A DNA stretch of 64,000 nt, from NCBI GenBank assembly GCA_046704725.1, contig JBJKRI010000006.1, positions 64,001-128,000 on the forward strand, read 5' to 3'. Of this stretch, positions 63,000-64,000 are shown piece after piece (positions within the stretch are counted from its first letter, which is position 1; each line of letters begins with the position of its first letter). This stretch comes from Candidatus Woesearchaeota archaeon. GTDB lineage: Archaea > Nanobdellota > Nanobdellia > Woesearchaeales > SKIA01. Position numbers and translations under genes: made by a program. Under the pieces are notes generated by a model. That model worked only from the letters and a program-made list of their open reading frames with translations, had not been told where the DNA came from and did no database searches.

Positions 63000-64000
63000 C
63001 TAGAGCGGCAGCAGGACGCGGTGCCTGAACTCGAACATGCAACGCACCTCGACGAGCCACTTCAGGAGGCCGACGAGGTGGCTGGAGATGTTGCGGTTGC
63101 CGATCGGGACGACGCCCCAGTGATGCCCGAGCGCGACGCCGAGAAGCGTCGTCTTAGGTGCGTGGAAATGCAGCAACGGCAGCTTCTTGATGGAGCGGGC
63201 GATGTTCTTTCCCACGAGGCGTCCCTCGAGCATGGCGTTGTGGCCCGTGGCCAGAGCGAAACCCTTCGCGACGTCCCCGCAGAAATAGACGCGCTTGTCC
63301 GCCTTGGAGCGCAAGGTGTCGTCGGCCTCGCGCAGTTTTTCTGGCACGAAGTCGTTGTGCGGCCGGATTCCCGCGCACAGGATGCGCACGTCGGCGTCGA
63401 TGCGGGAACCGTCGGCGAGGACGACGCAGGTGTCCGTGCATTCCTTGCAGAGCTTGCCGAGATGGAAGTGCACGTGGTCCTTCTGAAGGTGCTTTTTCGC
63501 GACTTGCTGCGCCTTGTTGTTGACGCCGTGCAATACGTGCGGGTCGGCGTCGATGATATCGATGCGCTTTGTCGTGTCCTCGGCGAGGACGCTCGCGAGC
63601 TCGACGCCCGTGTAGCCGCCGCCGATGATGGCAACGCGCTTGGCCTTCTCCAAAGCCGGGCGGAGCCGCTCGACATCCTCGAAGGTCTTGGCAGGATAGG
63701 CGTTCTTGGCGAGCGATTCGTTGCCGAAGGTGTTGGAGACCGAGCCCGTGGCGATGACGAGATAATCATACGGCAGGGGGCCCTTGTCGGTCACCACCTG
63801 CTTTTCGGTGATGCGCTCCACGCGCGCCTGCAAGAAGACGTCGTGGTAGTAGTTTCTCAAGGAGAAGCGCACGCGGCGCTCCATGTAGGGATCGGTCAGG
63901 CAGAGATGCAACGCCGGGACGTACTCGAAATAGGGATGCTCGTCGACGAGGGTGATCTTCGCGTCGATGCGCGCGTGCTGCAGCTCGAGCAGGGCTGACA
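63000..64000 (-). CDS. FAD/NAD(P)-dependent oxidoreductase (NDH-2/AIF-like), 5'-truncated by window edge
   Basis: frame open to window end; ITLVDE, YDYLVIATGS, IIGGGYTGVELA, VYFCGD. Confidence 0.9.
   Translation of the reverse strand, partial: SALLELQHARIDAKITLVDEHPYFEYVPALHLCLTDPYMERRVRFSLRNYYHDVFLQARVERITEKQVVTDKGPLPYDYLVIATGSVSNTFGNESLAKNAYPAKTFEDVERLRPALEKAKRVAIIGGGYTGVELASVLAEDTTKRIDIIDADPHVLHGVNNKAQQVAKKHLQKDHVHFHLGKLCKECTDTCVVLADGSRIDADVRILCAGIRPHNDFVPEKLREADDTLRSKADKRVYFCGDVAKGFALATGHNAMLEGRLVGKNIARSIKKLPLLHFHAPKTTLLGVALGHHWGVVPIGNRNISSHLVGLLKWLVEVRCMFEFRHRVLLPL

Noticed and set aside
1-64000. tRNA, rRNA or IS transposase genes
   Set aside because: No T-loop/cloverleaf, rRNA signature or transposase motif recognised by eye; tRNAscan-SE and cmscan would be needed to exclude split or atypical tRNAs.

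Overview
GC-rich archaeal genomic DNA, most likely a DPANN (Woesearchaeota-like) organism. Support: archaeal uS15, Taw1/TYW1 wyosine synthase, an archaellin, a PGF-pre-PGF-type surface protein, and TATA boxes ~25-30 bp upstream of mostly leaderless starts. No rRNA, tRNA or CRISPR was recognised. Main blocks: (1) 49-1665, a two-gene split homologue of the eukaryotic ribosomal prolyl hydroxylase OGFOD1/Tpa1 followed by a SET-domain protein; (2) housekeeping and small membrane genes, including rps15 with a structured 5' leader; (3) 12732-33819, a surface locus with an archaellin, a catalytically dead tyrosine-recombinase-like gene, and a translationally coupled 6531-aa glycoprotein carrying about ten ~318-aa tandem modules; (4) 38200-47355, a defence/accessory hotspot with a truncated Doc, an AT-rich nuclease + S8 protease island, Cfa, and a run of toxin-antitoxin genes punctuated by three copies of an 11-6-11 bp dif-like inverted repeat placed right after stop codons; (5) envelope, redox and lipid genes (DsbA, GT2-GtrA, PAP2, cohesin/Ig protein, MsrA, Hsp20, FabH-like, DoxX, NDH-2-like). 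The strongest candidates for undescribed biology are the dif-like TA cassette array and the split archaeal OGFOD1. All family assignments come from motif recognition by eye, not database searches.
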